A stretch of 64,000 bases of DNA from Burkholderiales bacterium (GTDB taxonomy: Bacteria; Pseudomonadota; Gammaproteobacteria; Burkholderiales; SG8-39): positions 13,171 to 77,170 of the forward strand of contig DATHYT010000045.1 of the NCBI GenBank assembly GCA_035459025.1, written 5' to 3'. A program made the position numbers and the translations under genes. Each line of letters opens with the position of its first letter. Position 1 is the stretch's first letter. Positions 9,291-17,582 of the stretch are shown here, one piece after another. The notes under the pieces were generated by a model. That model ran no database searches and had not been told where the DNA came from. It worked only from the letters and a program-made list of their open reading frames with translations.

Positions 9291-10264
9291 GCCTCGTCGG
9301 GCGCGCCACCCGCGCTCGCCAGGTCTTCCTGCTTCACCTTTTCCGTATTGAACTTCGCCGCCCGCCCGATCATCGTCTTCAGCACGTCCTCGAGCGCCGG
9401 CGGCTCGCCCTGCATGAAGCGCAGCGGATTCACCCTCGCGACCACGAACGCGCGCAGATAAGGACTCTGGAACCCGCGCGCCTTCAGCTTCTTGATCACC
9501 TCGGCCACGTTCTCGTCCAGCTCCTGCAGCATCGCGGCGTGCTTCTCGTGTGACTTCAGTGCCTTCGACAGGGGCTCGTCGGAGAACTTCTCCAGCCGCC
9601 GCACGACCGGGTTGTACGCGCCGCCGGCGAACTTGGCGTTCTTTTCGTAGCACAGCCCCATCGTCACGAAGGACGCCTCCTCCAGGTAGAAGGAAAAACC
9701 GGCCTCCGGCCGCGCAGCGTCCTCCTCGATCAGCCCGCGATAGATGCGGATCACCTCCAGGGACTTCTCTTTGAGGTTGTGCGCTTTCTCGGTGTTCAGC
9801 GCCAGGATCTGCCACGCCACCTCGCGCTTGGGCACTACCAGCGCGGTCACCGATTTCGCTCCCAGGCGCCGCAGCGCCATCAACCGATGCATGCCGTTCG
9901 GCGTCCAGAAGCCGTCCTTGGGCGCCGTGACGCAGATGATCGGGTCGAGAAACATGCCGGTCCTGTCGATGACGTCGGCCAGCTTCTTGTGGTGCGCGTC
10001 CGAGAGGTCGCGCTGGAACGGCGTCGGCTCGACTTCCGAGATCGGCAGGATGCAGGAGAGCAGCGCGCCCCCTCCCAGCGGGTCCTTGTAGGTGCCGATC
10101 ACTTCGCCGCCCGCCTGCTTCACCCGCTCGCGCACCTCCTCGGCCTCCCCCGAGAGCATGTCGAGCCGGCACTCAGCGGGCGTCAGCCCGCGGCTGAGCG
10201 CCTGCGCCTTCTTCACCCGGCGCTTCGCCGGGGCCCGCTTCAGTCCGGATCTTCTGGTTGCCAT
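9287..10264 (-). CDS. stand-alone ParB/Srx-fold (ParB N-terminal domain-like) protein
   Basis: 325 aa. Basic N-terminal tail (RRSGLKRAPAKRRVKKAQ). ParB-N-like core FQRDLSDAHHKKLADVI ... TPNGMHRLMALRRLG. No parA or parS partner is visible. Convergent with glnS, overlapping it by 4 nt. Confidence 0.55.
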   Translation of the reverse strand: MATRRSGLKRAPAKRRVKKAQALSRGLTPAECRLDMLSGEAEEVRERVKQAGGEVIGTYKDPLGGGALLSCILPISEVEPTPFQRDLSDAHHKKLADVIDRTGMFLDPIICVTAPKDGFWTPNGMHRLMALRRLGAKSVTALVVPKREVAWQILALNTEKAHNLKEKSLEVIRIYRGLIEEDAARPEAGFSFYLEEASFVTMGLCYEKNAKFAGGAYNPVVRRLEKFSDEPLSKALKSHEKHAAMLQELDENVAEVIKKLKARGFQSPYLRAFVVARVNPLRFMQGEPPALEDVLKTMIGRAAKFNTEKVKQEDLASAGGAPDEA

Positions 10265-10337
10265 GCGGCTAGCTTAGCGCAGGTGGTGTGAACCGACCGG
10301 CGCCGGATGCCGGCCGTGTCTTACGATACGCGCGGCC

Positions 10338-11543
10338 ATGCGCTCCCGCCCCGATCCCCTCCTCTTCGCCGTCTGCGCGCTGGGCATCACGCAGATCACC
10401 GCCTGGGGCACGAGCTACTACTGCCTGGGCGTGCTCGCCAACCCGATCGCCCGGGATACCGGCTGGAGCCTGAGCCTGATCTATTTCGGCTTCACCGTGT
10501 CGCTGCTCGTGATGGGGGCGGTGTCGACCTGGGCGGGACGCGCCATTGACCGCTTCGGCGCGCAGGCGGTGATGAGCACCGGTACCGTGCTGGTCTCTGC
10601 GGGCCTGCTGCTGCTGTCGCTTGTGACGAGCGAAGCCGCCTACCTCGGCGTGTGGGCGTTTCTCGGCGTCGGCATGCGCCTGTGCCTGTACGACGCCGCC
10701 TTCGCCGCGCTGGTGCAGGTCGTGCCCTCCCGCGGCCGGCGCGCCATCTCCTACCTGACGCTCTTCGGCGCGTTCGCCTCCACGGTGTTCTGGGTCGTCG
10801 GCCACTACCTCAACGAGGCGCTCGGCTGGCGCGAGACGCTCGGCTGGTTCGCGCTCATCAACCTCTCGGTCTGCCTGCCGCTCAACTGGTTCGGGCTGGC
10901 GCGCCGCGAGCCGGCCGGCGGACACGAGGCCGCGGCGGCGAAGCCCTCGGTGGACGGCGCGCCGCTGCAGGGCAAGGTGCGCACCATCGCCATCGCGCTG
11001 TTTGCGCTCGTGATGTCGCTGAACGGCTTCGTCTTCGGCGTGGTCACCGTGCAGCTGGTGCCGCTGCTGGAAGCCGCCGGGCTCGCTACCGCGGCCGCCG
11101 TGTGGGTCGCCTCGATGAAAGGCTTCGCCCAGTTCGGCGGCCGCCTCGTGGAGATCGTCTTCGGGCGCAATCTTCGCGCCATCACGGTCGCGCGCATCGC
11201 CATCGGCGTGCTGCCGGCGTCCTTTGCCGTGCTCTTGTTCTCCGGCGGCAACCTGCAGGCGGTGATTGCCTTTACGCTGCTGATGGGCGCCTCGCAGGGC
11301 GTGATCACCATCGTGCGCGGCGCGGTGCCGCTGGCGCTCTTCGGCGCCACAGGCTACGGCGCAGTGCTCGGTGTGCTCGCCACGCCCATCCTCATCGTCA
11401 ACGCCGCGTCGCCGACGATCTTCGCGCTGATCGTCGATGGCTGGGGCTGGAACGCCGCCGAGGTCGTGCTGCTCGCCGCGGCGGCGGCCTCGTGGCTGGC
11501 GATGGAGGCGATGTCGCGCTGGTACGAGAAGCGCCGCCGCTAG
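10338..11543 (+). CDS. MFS transporter
   Basis: 401 aa with about 12 hydrophobic helices in a two-halves organisation. No substrate can be assigned. Confidence 0.8.
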   Translation: MRSRPDPLLFAVCALGITQITAWGTSYYCLGVLANPIARDTGWSLSLIYFGFTVSLLVMGAVSTWAGRAIDRFGAQAVMSTGTVLVSAGLLLLSLVTSEAAYLGVWAFLGVGMRLCLYDAAFAALVQVVPSRGRRAISYLTLFGAFASTVFWVVGHYLNEALGWRETLGWFALINLSVCLPLNWFGLARREPAGGHEAAAAKPSVDGAPLQGKVRTIAIALFALVMSLNGFVFGVVTVQLVPLLEAAGLATAAAVWVASMKGFAQFGGRLVEIVFGRNLRAITVARIAIGVLPASFAVLLFSGGNLQAVIAFTLLMGASQGVITIVRGAVPLALFGATGYGAVLGVLATPILIVNAASPTIFALIVDGWGWNAAEVVLLAAAAASWLAMEAMSRWYEKRRR

Positions 11544-11549
11544 CCGGGA

Positions 11550-12950
11550 TCAGCCCGCCTGCAGCGGCACGAACAGCCGCCGCTCGCCCCGCTGCACCAG
11601 CAGCGCAATGGTCTTGCCCGATTGCGTCGCGCTTCTGAGGTCCTCGACGCTCGCCACCAGTTTGCCGTCCGCCTGCAGCACGATGTCGCCCGGAGCAATG
11701 CCGGCGCGCGCCGCGGCGCCGTTCACGCCCTGCACCAGCAGCCCGCCCGGCACGTGAGCTGCCTCGAGTTCCTGCGGCGTGAGCGGGCGCACCGCAAGGC
11801 CGAGCCGGCCCTTGCCCGCCGCCTCGTCGTCAGCGGCCTGCTGCTTCGACTTGTCCTCGGCGGTGCCGAGCGTGGCAGCGAGCGTGCGCCGCTCCCCCTT
11901 GCGCAGCACTTCGAACTGCACCTTCGCGCCCGGCGTCGACTCGCCCACCATCGCGGCCAGCTCGCCGGAATCGCCGACCGGCCGGCCATTGAACTTCACC
12001 ACCACATCGCCCGGCTGCAATCCCGCGTGCTGCGCGGGGCTGTCCGGCGCCACGGCGGCGACCAGCGCGCCCTGCGGACGCTCGAGGCCGAACGACTCGG
12101 CGAGCGCCTGGTTCATGGTCTGCACGTTGACGCCGAGGCGCGCATGCGTGGCATGCCCGGTGGCCACGATCTGGTCCTTGACGCGCAGCGCCATGTCGAT
12201 GGGAATCGCGAACGACAGGCCCTGGTAGCCGCCCGAGCGGCTGTAGATCTGCGAGTTGATGCCGATCACTTCGCCGTCGAGGTTGAACAGCGGCCCGCCG
12301 GAATTGCCCGGATTCACAGCCACGTCGGTCTGGATGAACGGCACGTAGATATCGCCCGGCAGCGAGCGGCCCTTGGCGGACACGATGCCCGCCGTGACGC
12401 TGTTCTCGAAGCCGAACGGCGAGCCTATGGCCACCACCCAGTCGCCCACCCGCGCGCGCTTCGGGTCGCCCAGCCTCACCACGGGGAGCTCGCGCGCATC
12501 GATGCGCAGCACGGCGATGTCGGTCGCCGGGTCGGTGCCGAGCACCTCGGCCTTGAACTCGCGCCGGTCGGTGAGCTTGACCGTGACCTCGGTCGCGTTC
12601 TGCAAGACGTGGGCATTGGTGAGCACGATGCCGTCGGTGCTGAGGATGAAGCCCGAGCCCTGGCCCTGAACGGGCATCTCGGGCATCGGCGTACCGAACT
12701 GGAACGGCAACCCGCGGAACAGCTCCGGCGCCGCCTGCTGCGCGCCCGCCTTGCGCGTGCCCGACGTGGCGATGTTGACGACCGCAGGGCCGTAGCGCTG
12801 CACGATGCCGGCGAAATCCGGCAGCTGCGCCGCGGCTACGGGCGCCGCCGCCTGCGCGACGCCTGTGTTGAGGTACTGCGCGCCCACGATCGCGCCCATT
12901 GCGGACATCGCCAGCGCCGCCAGCAATATCACGATCTTCCTGGTCTGCAT
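11550..12950 (-). CDS. periplasmic serine endoprotease, DegP/DegQ/MucD (Do) family, two PDZ domains
   Basis: 466 aa. Signal peptide. Trypsin-like catalytic motifs TNAHV, DIAVLRI and GNSGGPLFN, then two PDZ-like segments (GLQPGDVVVKFNGRPV and GIAPGDIVLQADGKLV). Confidence 0.9.
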   Translation of the reverse strand: MQTRKIVILLAALAMSAMGAIVGAQYLNTGVAQAAAPVAAAQLPDFAGIVQRYGPAVVNIATSGTRKAGAQQAAPELFRGLPFQFGTPMPEMPVQGQGSGFILSTDGIVLTNAHVLQNATEVTVKLTDRREFKAEVLGTDPATDIAVLRIDARELPVVRLGDPKRARVGDWVVAIGSPFGFENSVTAGIVSAKGRSLPGDIYVPFIQTDVAVNPGNSGGPLFNLDGEVIGINSQIYSRSGGYQGLSFAIPIDMALRVKDQIVATGHATHARLGVNVQTMNQALAESFGLERPQGALVAAVAPDSPAQHAGLQPGDVVVKFNGRPVGDSGELAAMVGESTPGAKVQFEVLRKGERRTLAATLGTAEDKSKQQAADDEAAGKGRLGLAVRPLTPQELEAAHVPGGLLVQGVNGAAARAGIAPGDIVLQADGKLVASVEDLRSATQSGKTIALLVQRGERRLFVPLQAG

Positions 12951-13087
12951 GTTGCGTCTCCTGCGAATTCCGGATGCCGCTTGGACCGGGCGCTTGCGCG
13001 GCGGTTCCCGGCGCCGGGACGGCGCGGTCGCAATTGGGCATAATGCGCGGCAACCTGTGGGTAGGGGGAACCTTGACGGAGGCTAAA

Positions 13088-13705
13088 GTGAAAATTGCGG
13101 CAACCATGATCGCAGCGCTCGTCGGCATGCTGGCCGGGTTCCAGGCTCATGCACAGTCATCGTCCGTCTACATCGGGGCCAGCGGCGGCGCGGTGTGGAC
13201 CGACGCGGCCAACAGCGTGGCCTCCAATTCGCGTGGTGGAATTCACGACGAGAGCGTTCCCAACGGCTTCAAGGTCTTTGGCGGCCGCATCCGAGACAAC
13301 TTCGGCATCGAGCTCGCGTACTACTACCTCGGCAAGTTCGACATCGTCACGCCCGGCACGGGCGGGATCCTGGACCAGCTCGAGACCCGGGCGCTGGCGG
13401 TCTCCGGCGTCTACTCGGCGCCGCTCGGGCACGGATACAACTTCATCGCCAAGCTCGGCATCGCGTTCACGGAGGCGCAGTACGATTGCAGGACGGGTGG
13501 TTGCGGCTCGGCCCCCCTTATCGACACCAGGCGCCGCGGCAATTCGGGGCTTATCGGACTGGGCATCACCTCGCAGGTGTCGTCCAACGTCGCGTTGCGG
13601 ATGGAGTTCGAGCACATCGGCAACGTTCGGCATGCCATGTCGAATACCGTCTTCTTCAACGACGGCTACGACATGTTCTCGGTGGGCCTGCACCTGAATT
13701 TCTGA
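13088..13705 (+). CDS. small outer-membrane beta-barrel protein (OmpA-barrel/OmpW-like porin family)
   Basis: Inside ORF 12899..13705(+). Start taken at the in-frame GTG 13088, 5 nt after GGAGG (13078-13082). Signal peptide VKIAATMIAALVGMLAGFQAHA/QS, alternating beta-strand pattern, C-terminal aromatic residue (…VGLHLNF). Confidence 0.65.
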   Translation: MKIAATMIAALVGMLAGFQAHAQSSSVYIGASGGAVWTDAANSVASNSRGGIHDESVPNGFKVFGGRIRDNFGIELAYYYLGKFDIVTPGTGGILDQLETRALAVSGVYSAPLGHGYNFIAKLGIAFTEAQYDCRTGGCGSAPLIDTRRRGNSGLIGLGITSQVSSNVALRMEFEHIGNVRHAMSNTVFFNDGYDMFSVGLHLNF

Positions 13706-13767
13706 TCGGGTAGGACGTTCCAACGGCCCTTAGGTTGGGCCGTGTGCCGAGCAAGCTCTTGTTTTGA

Positions 13768-13796
13768 TTGACGGAAACCTGCCGTCCCTGTATAAA
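13768..13796 (+). promoter_or_regulatory. putative sigma70 promoter of the cold-shock gene (-35 TTGACG, 17-nt spacer, -10 TATAAA preceded by TG)
   Basis: TTGACG at 13768-13773 and TATAAA at 13791-13796. This predicts a leader of about 130 nt before the csp ATG, consistent with the long 5' UTRs of cspA-type genes. Confidence 0.4.
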
Positions 13797-13934
13797 GGCA
13801 CGGCAGGATTCTCAAGCAGAGAAAAAGCTGGTCCGCCGGCGGCCCGAGTGCCGCGCTCATCAGTTGCTTCGTTTCCTTTCCTTGATCATTCCGCAGGGCA
13901 AGCGCCCTTTCATTCATCACTGGGGAAGCAAGAC

Positions 13935-14138
13935 ATGAGCGCAGGTACCGTGAAGTGGTTCAACGACGCCAAGGGTTTCGGGTTCATCACGCCGGAGGAC
14001 GGCAGCAAGGATCTGTTTGTGCATTTTTCGGCGATCCAGGGCGGCGGCTTCAAGACGCTGAAGGAGAACGACAAGGTGCAGTTCGACGTGGTGCAGGGCC
14101 CAAAGGGCACCCAGGCCACCAACGTCAGGCCCGCCTGA
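13935..14138 (+). CDS. cold-shock protein, CspA family
   Basis: 67 aa, [35 protein letters not shown]..., with RNP1 (KGFGFI) and RNP2 (VFVHF-like) motifs. The ORF track entry 13764..14138 begins at an upstream TTG inside the promoter and is too long. Confidence 0.95.
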   Translation: MSAGTVKWFNDAKGFGFITPEDGSKDLFVHFSAIQGGGFKTLKENDKVQFDVVQGPKGTQATNVRPA

Positions 14139-14157
14139 TCGCGACGACGGCAATCCA

Positions 14158-14185
14158 AGCCCGGTCGCACCGGGCTTTTTTGTTT
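14158..14185 (+). terminator. rho-independent terminator after the csp gene
   Basis: 8-bp GC-rich stem AGCCCGGT / ACCGGGCT with a 3-nt loop, followed by TTTTTTGTTT. It begins 20 nt after the csp stop. Confidence 0.75.
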
Positions 14186-14200
14186 CCACGGGGAGCGGGC

Positions 14201-14431
14201 ATGGACAAGCGCAAGCGATGGCGGGAGCAGGAGCAGCAGGTGGTGGAGCGCTGGAACGCCGCCGAAGCGCGCTACCGCGAGGTGCACGCGGCGCTGCAGC
14301 GCCTGGCGGGCAACGGCGCCGAAGCCGAGGCCCTGAAACAGGAAGTCGAGCGCGCGCGCGCCGACATCGAAGCCGTGCGGCGGCAGGTGGCGCGCCTCAA
14401 GGTCGAATTCACATCGGGAAAGAGATACTGA
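14201..14431 (+). CDS. hypothetical small coiled-coil protein (76 aa)
   Basis: In-frame ATG 14201 within ORF 13955..14431, preceded by GGGAG. Charged heptad-like sequence (EQEQQVVERWNAAEARYREVHAALQRL...EVERARADIEAVRRQVARLKVEF). No family recognised. Confidence 0.4.
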   Translation: MDKRKRWREQEQQVVERWNAAEARYREVHAALQRLAGNGAEAEALKQEVERARADIEAVRRQVARLKVEFTSGKRY

Positions 14432-14674
14432 ATGAACACGCGAAACAACCTGACGCGCGGCCGTGCCGCGCTGTGGAGCCGGGACAAGATCGAGTTGCTC
14501 AGCACGCCGGAGGTGCGCAACCTGCACGCCAACGCCGAGCGGCTCCTCGAGACCGAGATCGCCGCGCTGTGCCTCGAAGTGCTGGGAGCCCGGCCGCGCA
14601 GCGGCGTCGCGGCGCCTGCCAAGCCCGCGCCGCGCGTCCGGCGCGCCAAGGCCAAGGCCGAGGAAGCCGCCTAG
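14432..14674 (+). CDS. hypothetical protein (80 aa) with a basic Ala/Pro/Lys-rich tail
   Basis: The ATG directly abuts the TGA of the preceding small ORF (TGAATG), suggesting coupling. No family recognised. Confidence 0.35.
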   Translation: MNTRNNLTRGRAALWSRDKIELLSTPEVRNLHANAERLLETEIAALCLEVLGARPRSGVAAPAKPAPRVRRAKAKAEEAA

Positions 14675-14702
14675 CGCGCGGGCGCGCTACACTGCGGCCG
14701 CC

Positions 14703-15362
14703 ATGTGCGGCCGCTACGTCAGTCCCGAGCAAGCGTCGATCGAGCGCGCCTGGAAGATCGACCGCGCGAGCAGCAACCCGTTTCCGCGCCGCTTCAACGT
14801 GCAGCCCACCACTGCCGTGCCGATGCTGCGCCTCGAGGACGGTGCGCGCACGCTGAGCGGCGCGCGCTGGGGCCTGATTCCGCACTGGTGGAAGCAGGAC
14901 AAGCCGCCCAGCTTCAGCATCAATGCGCGGCTCGAGGACATCTCGCGCAAGCCGATGTGGCGCGATCCTATTCGCCGCTCGCGCTGCCTGGTGCCGGCCG
15001 AAGGCTGGTACGAGTGGCAGGAAACCCCGAGCGGCAAGCAGCCGCACTACATCACGCGCCGCGACCGCCGCCCGTTCTGCTTTGCGGGGCTGTACGCGCA
15101 CTGGCGCGATACGCTGAGCTGCGCCATCCTCACCACGCAGGCGCTCGGACCGATCGCGGAGGTGCACGAGCGCATGCCGGTGGTGCTGCCCGAGGACGCT
15201 TTCGGCGCCTGGCTGGAGCCCGCGATGCATGACGCAGCAGTGGCGACCACGATGGCGCAGGCGCCGATGGCGCCGGAGGACTTCGAGCACTACCCGGTCA
15301 GCAGGCGCGTGAACAACGCTCGCAACGAGGGCCCGGACCTGATCGAGCCGCTGCGCGCCTAG
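14703..15362 (+). CDS. SOS-response-associated peptidase (SRAP / YedK / HMCES family), abasic-site DNA-protein crosslink enzyme
   Basis: Inside ORF 14463..15362, with the in-frame ATG at 14703. The N-terminal MCGRY carries the catalytic Cys2. Family motifs GLIPHWW, CLVPAEGWYEW, PFCFAGLY and MPVVL are present. Confidence 0.9.
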   Translation: MCGRYVSPEQASIERAWKIDRASSNPFPRRFNVQPTTAVPMLRLEDGARTLSGARWGLIPHWWKQDKPPSFSINARLEDISRKPMWRDPIRRSRCLVPAEGWYEWQETPSGKQPHYITRRDRRPFCFAGLYAHWRDTLSCAILTTQALGPIAEVHERMPVVLPEDAFGAWLEPAMHDAAVATTMAQAPMAPEDFEHYPVSRRVNNARNEGPDLIEPLRA

Positions 15363-15529
15363 CGCTTGCGGGCGGCGGCGGCTCTCTCCTTGCGCGCCGC
15401 CATGATCTTCTCGTAGCACTCGGCGCACACTTCGCGCCGCCGCTCGCCGCCGGGCAGCACGCGGAACTGCGCGCGCGGCTTCGAGTGCTGGCCGTGCATG
15501 CAGAACTTGAGCGGGCTGAGATTGGGCAT
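15359..15529 (-). CDS. hypothetical small protein (56 aa), possible Cys/His metal-binding knuckle
   Basis: Internal ATG (complement 15527-15529) of ORF 15359..15697(-): MPNLSPLKFCMHGQH...VCAECYEKIMAARKER... Weak support; the region would otherwise be non-coding. Confidence 0.3.
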   Translation of the reverse strand: MPNLSPLKFCMHGQHSKPRAQFRVLPGGERRREVCAECYEKIMAARKERAAAARKR

Positions 15530-15601
15530 GGTCCGGGGCGCCGGGGCCGCGCCGCTATAATCGTGCGGCCAACTCCATCGACGCTTCGAGCACCGTATCA
15601 C

Positions 15602-16531
15602 ATGTGGCCGTTTCACCGAAACCTGGCCGTACCGCTGCTGGCCGCGCTCGTCGCGGGCGCGGGCGGTGCCGTGCAGGCCTTCGACCTCCAGGGGCACCGC
15701 GGCACCCGCGGCACCGCCCCGGAGAACACGCTACCCGGGTTTGCTGCGGCGCTCGCAACGGGCGTCGACACCCTGGAGCTGGATACGGGCGTGACGCGCG
15801 ACGGGGTCGTCGTGATCCATCACGACCGGCGCCTCAACCCCGACATCGCCCGCGGCCCCGACGGCCGCTGGATCGAGGCTCCGGGGCCGCTGCTGCTTGA
15901 GCTCGACTTCAAAGACCTGCAGCGCTACGACGTGGGGCGCCTGCGTCCGGGCAGCGACTATGCCGCGCGCTTTCCGGAGCAGACTCCCGCCGACGGCGCG
16001 CGCATCCCCCGCCTCGCCGAGCTTTTCGCTCTGGTACGCAAGGCCGGCAACGACCAGGTGCGTTTCAACATCGAGACCAAGATCTCGCCGGCGGCGCCGG
16101 CCGAAACGCTGCCGCCCGAGGCGTTTGCGCGCGCGCTGATCGCGGAGATCCGCGCCGCCGGCATGGCCGGGCGCACGACCGTGCAGTCCTTCGACTGGCG
16201 CACGCTGCAGGCCGTCGAGCGCGAGGCGCCCGAGATCGCCACGGCGTACCTGACCGGCCGGCGCCGCGGCGGCTCGCAACCGCAGGCAGTGCACGCCGCG
16301 GGCGGCAGGATCTGGTCGCCGAACTACGAAGAGCTCGATTCCGTGGCGCTGGTCGAAGCGCGCAGGCTCGGGCTGAAGGTCGTGCCCTGGACCATGAACG
16401 AGCCCGGCTTCATCGAGCGCTTTCTCGACCTTGGCGTGGACGGCATCATCACCGACTACCCGGAGCGTGTGCGCGCTGAACTCGTGCGGCGCGGCATGCC
16501 GCTGCCCGCGCGCACCCCGGTGGAGCCCTGA
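15602..16531 (+). CDS. glycerophosphodiester phosphodiesterase family protein, secreted
   Basis: In-frame ATG 15602 in ORF 15485..16531. Signal peptide MWPFHRNLAVPLLAALVAGAGGAVQA. GDPD motifs HRGTRGTAPENTLPGF, LELDTGVTRDGVVVIHHD and FNIETK. Confidence 0.85.
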   Translation: MWPFHRNLAVPLLAALVAGAGGAVQAFDLQGHRGTRGTAPENTLPGFAAALATGVDTLELDTGVTRDGVVVIHHDRRLNPDIARGPDGRWIEAPGPLLLELDFKDLQRYDVGRLRPGSDYAARFPEQTPADGARIPRLAELFALVRKAGNDQVRFNIETKISPAAPAETLPPEAFARALIAEIRAAGMAGRTTVQSFDWRTLQAVEREAPEIATAYLTGRRRGGSQPQAVHAAGGRIWSPNYEELDSVALVEARRLGLKVVPWTMNEPGFIERFLDLGVDGIITDYPERVRAELVRRGMPLPARTPVEP

Positions 16532-16533
16532 GG

Positions 16534-17127
16534 GTGCCGCCGGTCACGGGCGCGCTGCTCGCCGCCAACGTCCTCGTTTTCATGCTGCAGCTTGCCGGCG
16601 GCCTGCCGCTCGTCGAGCACTTCGCGCTGTGGCCGCCGGCCACCTCGGGACCGCGCGCCGGCCCGCCCTTCGAGCTGTGGCAGCTGCTGAGCTACAGCTT
16701 TCTGCACGGCAGCCTGCTGCACCTGATGTTCAACATGCTCGCGCTGTACACGTTCGGCCGCGACGTCGAGCGCCTGTTCGGCTCGCAGTGGTATCTGCAG
16801 TTCTACTTCGCCAGCGTGGTAGCGGCGGCGCTGTCGCACCTGGTGGTCACCGGCTGGATGGGCGCGCCGCCGTATCCCACGGTCGGCGCTTCGGGCGGCG
16901 TCTACGGCGTGCTGCTCGCCTACGGCATCTATTTCCCGCGGCGCACGGTGCTGCTGTTGTTTCCGCCGATCCCGATGCCGGCGCGCGTGTTCGTGGTGCT
17001 GTTCGCGGCCCTGGAGTTGTACTTCGGCGTCACCGGCACGGCCTCGGGCATCGCGCATTTCGCGCACCTGGGCGGCATGCTCGGAGGCTGGCTGATGATT
17101 CGCAGCCGGAGGCGCCGCCGCGGCTAG
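16534..17127 (+). CDS. rhomboid family intramembrane serine protease
   Basis: 197 aa with a GTG start 2 nt after the glpQ-like stop. Motifs HGSLLHLMFNM, GASGGVYGVL (catalytic Ser) and AHLGGMLGG (catalytic His). Confidence 0.85.
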   Translation: MPPVTGALLAANVLVFMLQLAGGLPLVEHFALWPPATSGPRAGPPFELWQLLSYSFLHGSLLHLMFNMLALYTFGRDVERLFGSQWYLQFYFASVVAAALSHLVVTGWMGAPPYPTVGASGGVYGVLLAYGIYFPRRTVLLLFPPIPMPARVFVVLFAALELYFGVTGTASGIAHFAHLGGMLGGWLMIRSRRRRRG

Positions 17128-17149
17128 TTATGGTGTATAAGGGAGGTCT

Positions 17150-17500
17150 ATGCTCAGAGAACTCCCTGGTCAGCAGTCCCGCAGCCGATTCATGGTCGGC
17201 AAGTACGAAGTGATCGCCCAGCCCATCCCCGGATCCGCGCACATGCTGCGCTACACGGTTTTCCTGAAGGGCACGCGCATCGGGGCGATGGCGAGCGTGC
17301 CCACCGAGTCCGATTGCCGCTTCCTCGAGAACCCGCCGCCGGTACCGCCGGTGAAGCCGTTCCAGGTGTTTTACCGCCCGGGCCGGCCGAAGAAGGGCAG
17401 CCAGCCCGCGAGCGCCGCGGACCGCGCCCTCGGCAGCACGCCGCACGAGGACCTGCCCGCAGGCCTCGCCATCCCGTCGCTGGAGAAGTCGGCCGAGTAG
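17150..17500 (+). CDS. hypothetical protein (116 aa)
   Basis: Strong Shine-Dalgarno AAGGGAGG 5-6 nt upstream of the ATG, and GC3-rich codon usage like its neighbours. No family recognised. Confidence 0.5.
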   Translation: MLRELPGQQSRSRFMVGKYEVIAQPIPGSAHMLRYTVFLKGTRIGAMASVPTESDCRFLENPPPVPPVKPFQVFYRPGRPKKGSQPASAADRALGSTPHEDLPAGLAIPSLEKSAE

Positions 17501-17582
17501 AAACATCCTGTTGCAATTTGCGCCAGTTTTAGGGCGATTGCAGACAGCCTAAGCGGCTACAAAGTGGGCGGAGGCAACGCCC

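Noticed and set aside
17508-17547. Imperfect hairpin (CTGTTGCAAT ... ATTGCAGACAG) between the hypothetical gene and the DUF3300 gene.
   Set aside because: The stem is bulged, the loop is long and there is no T-tract. It could be a weak terminator or operator, but the evidence is too thin.
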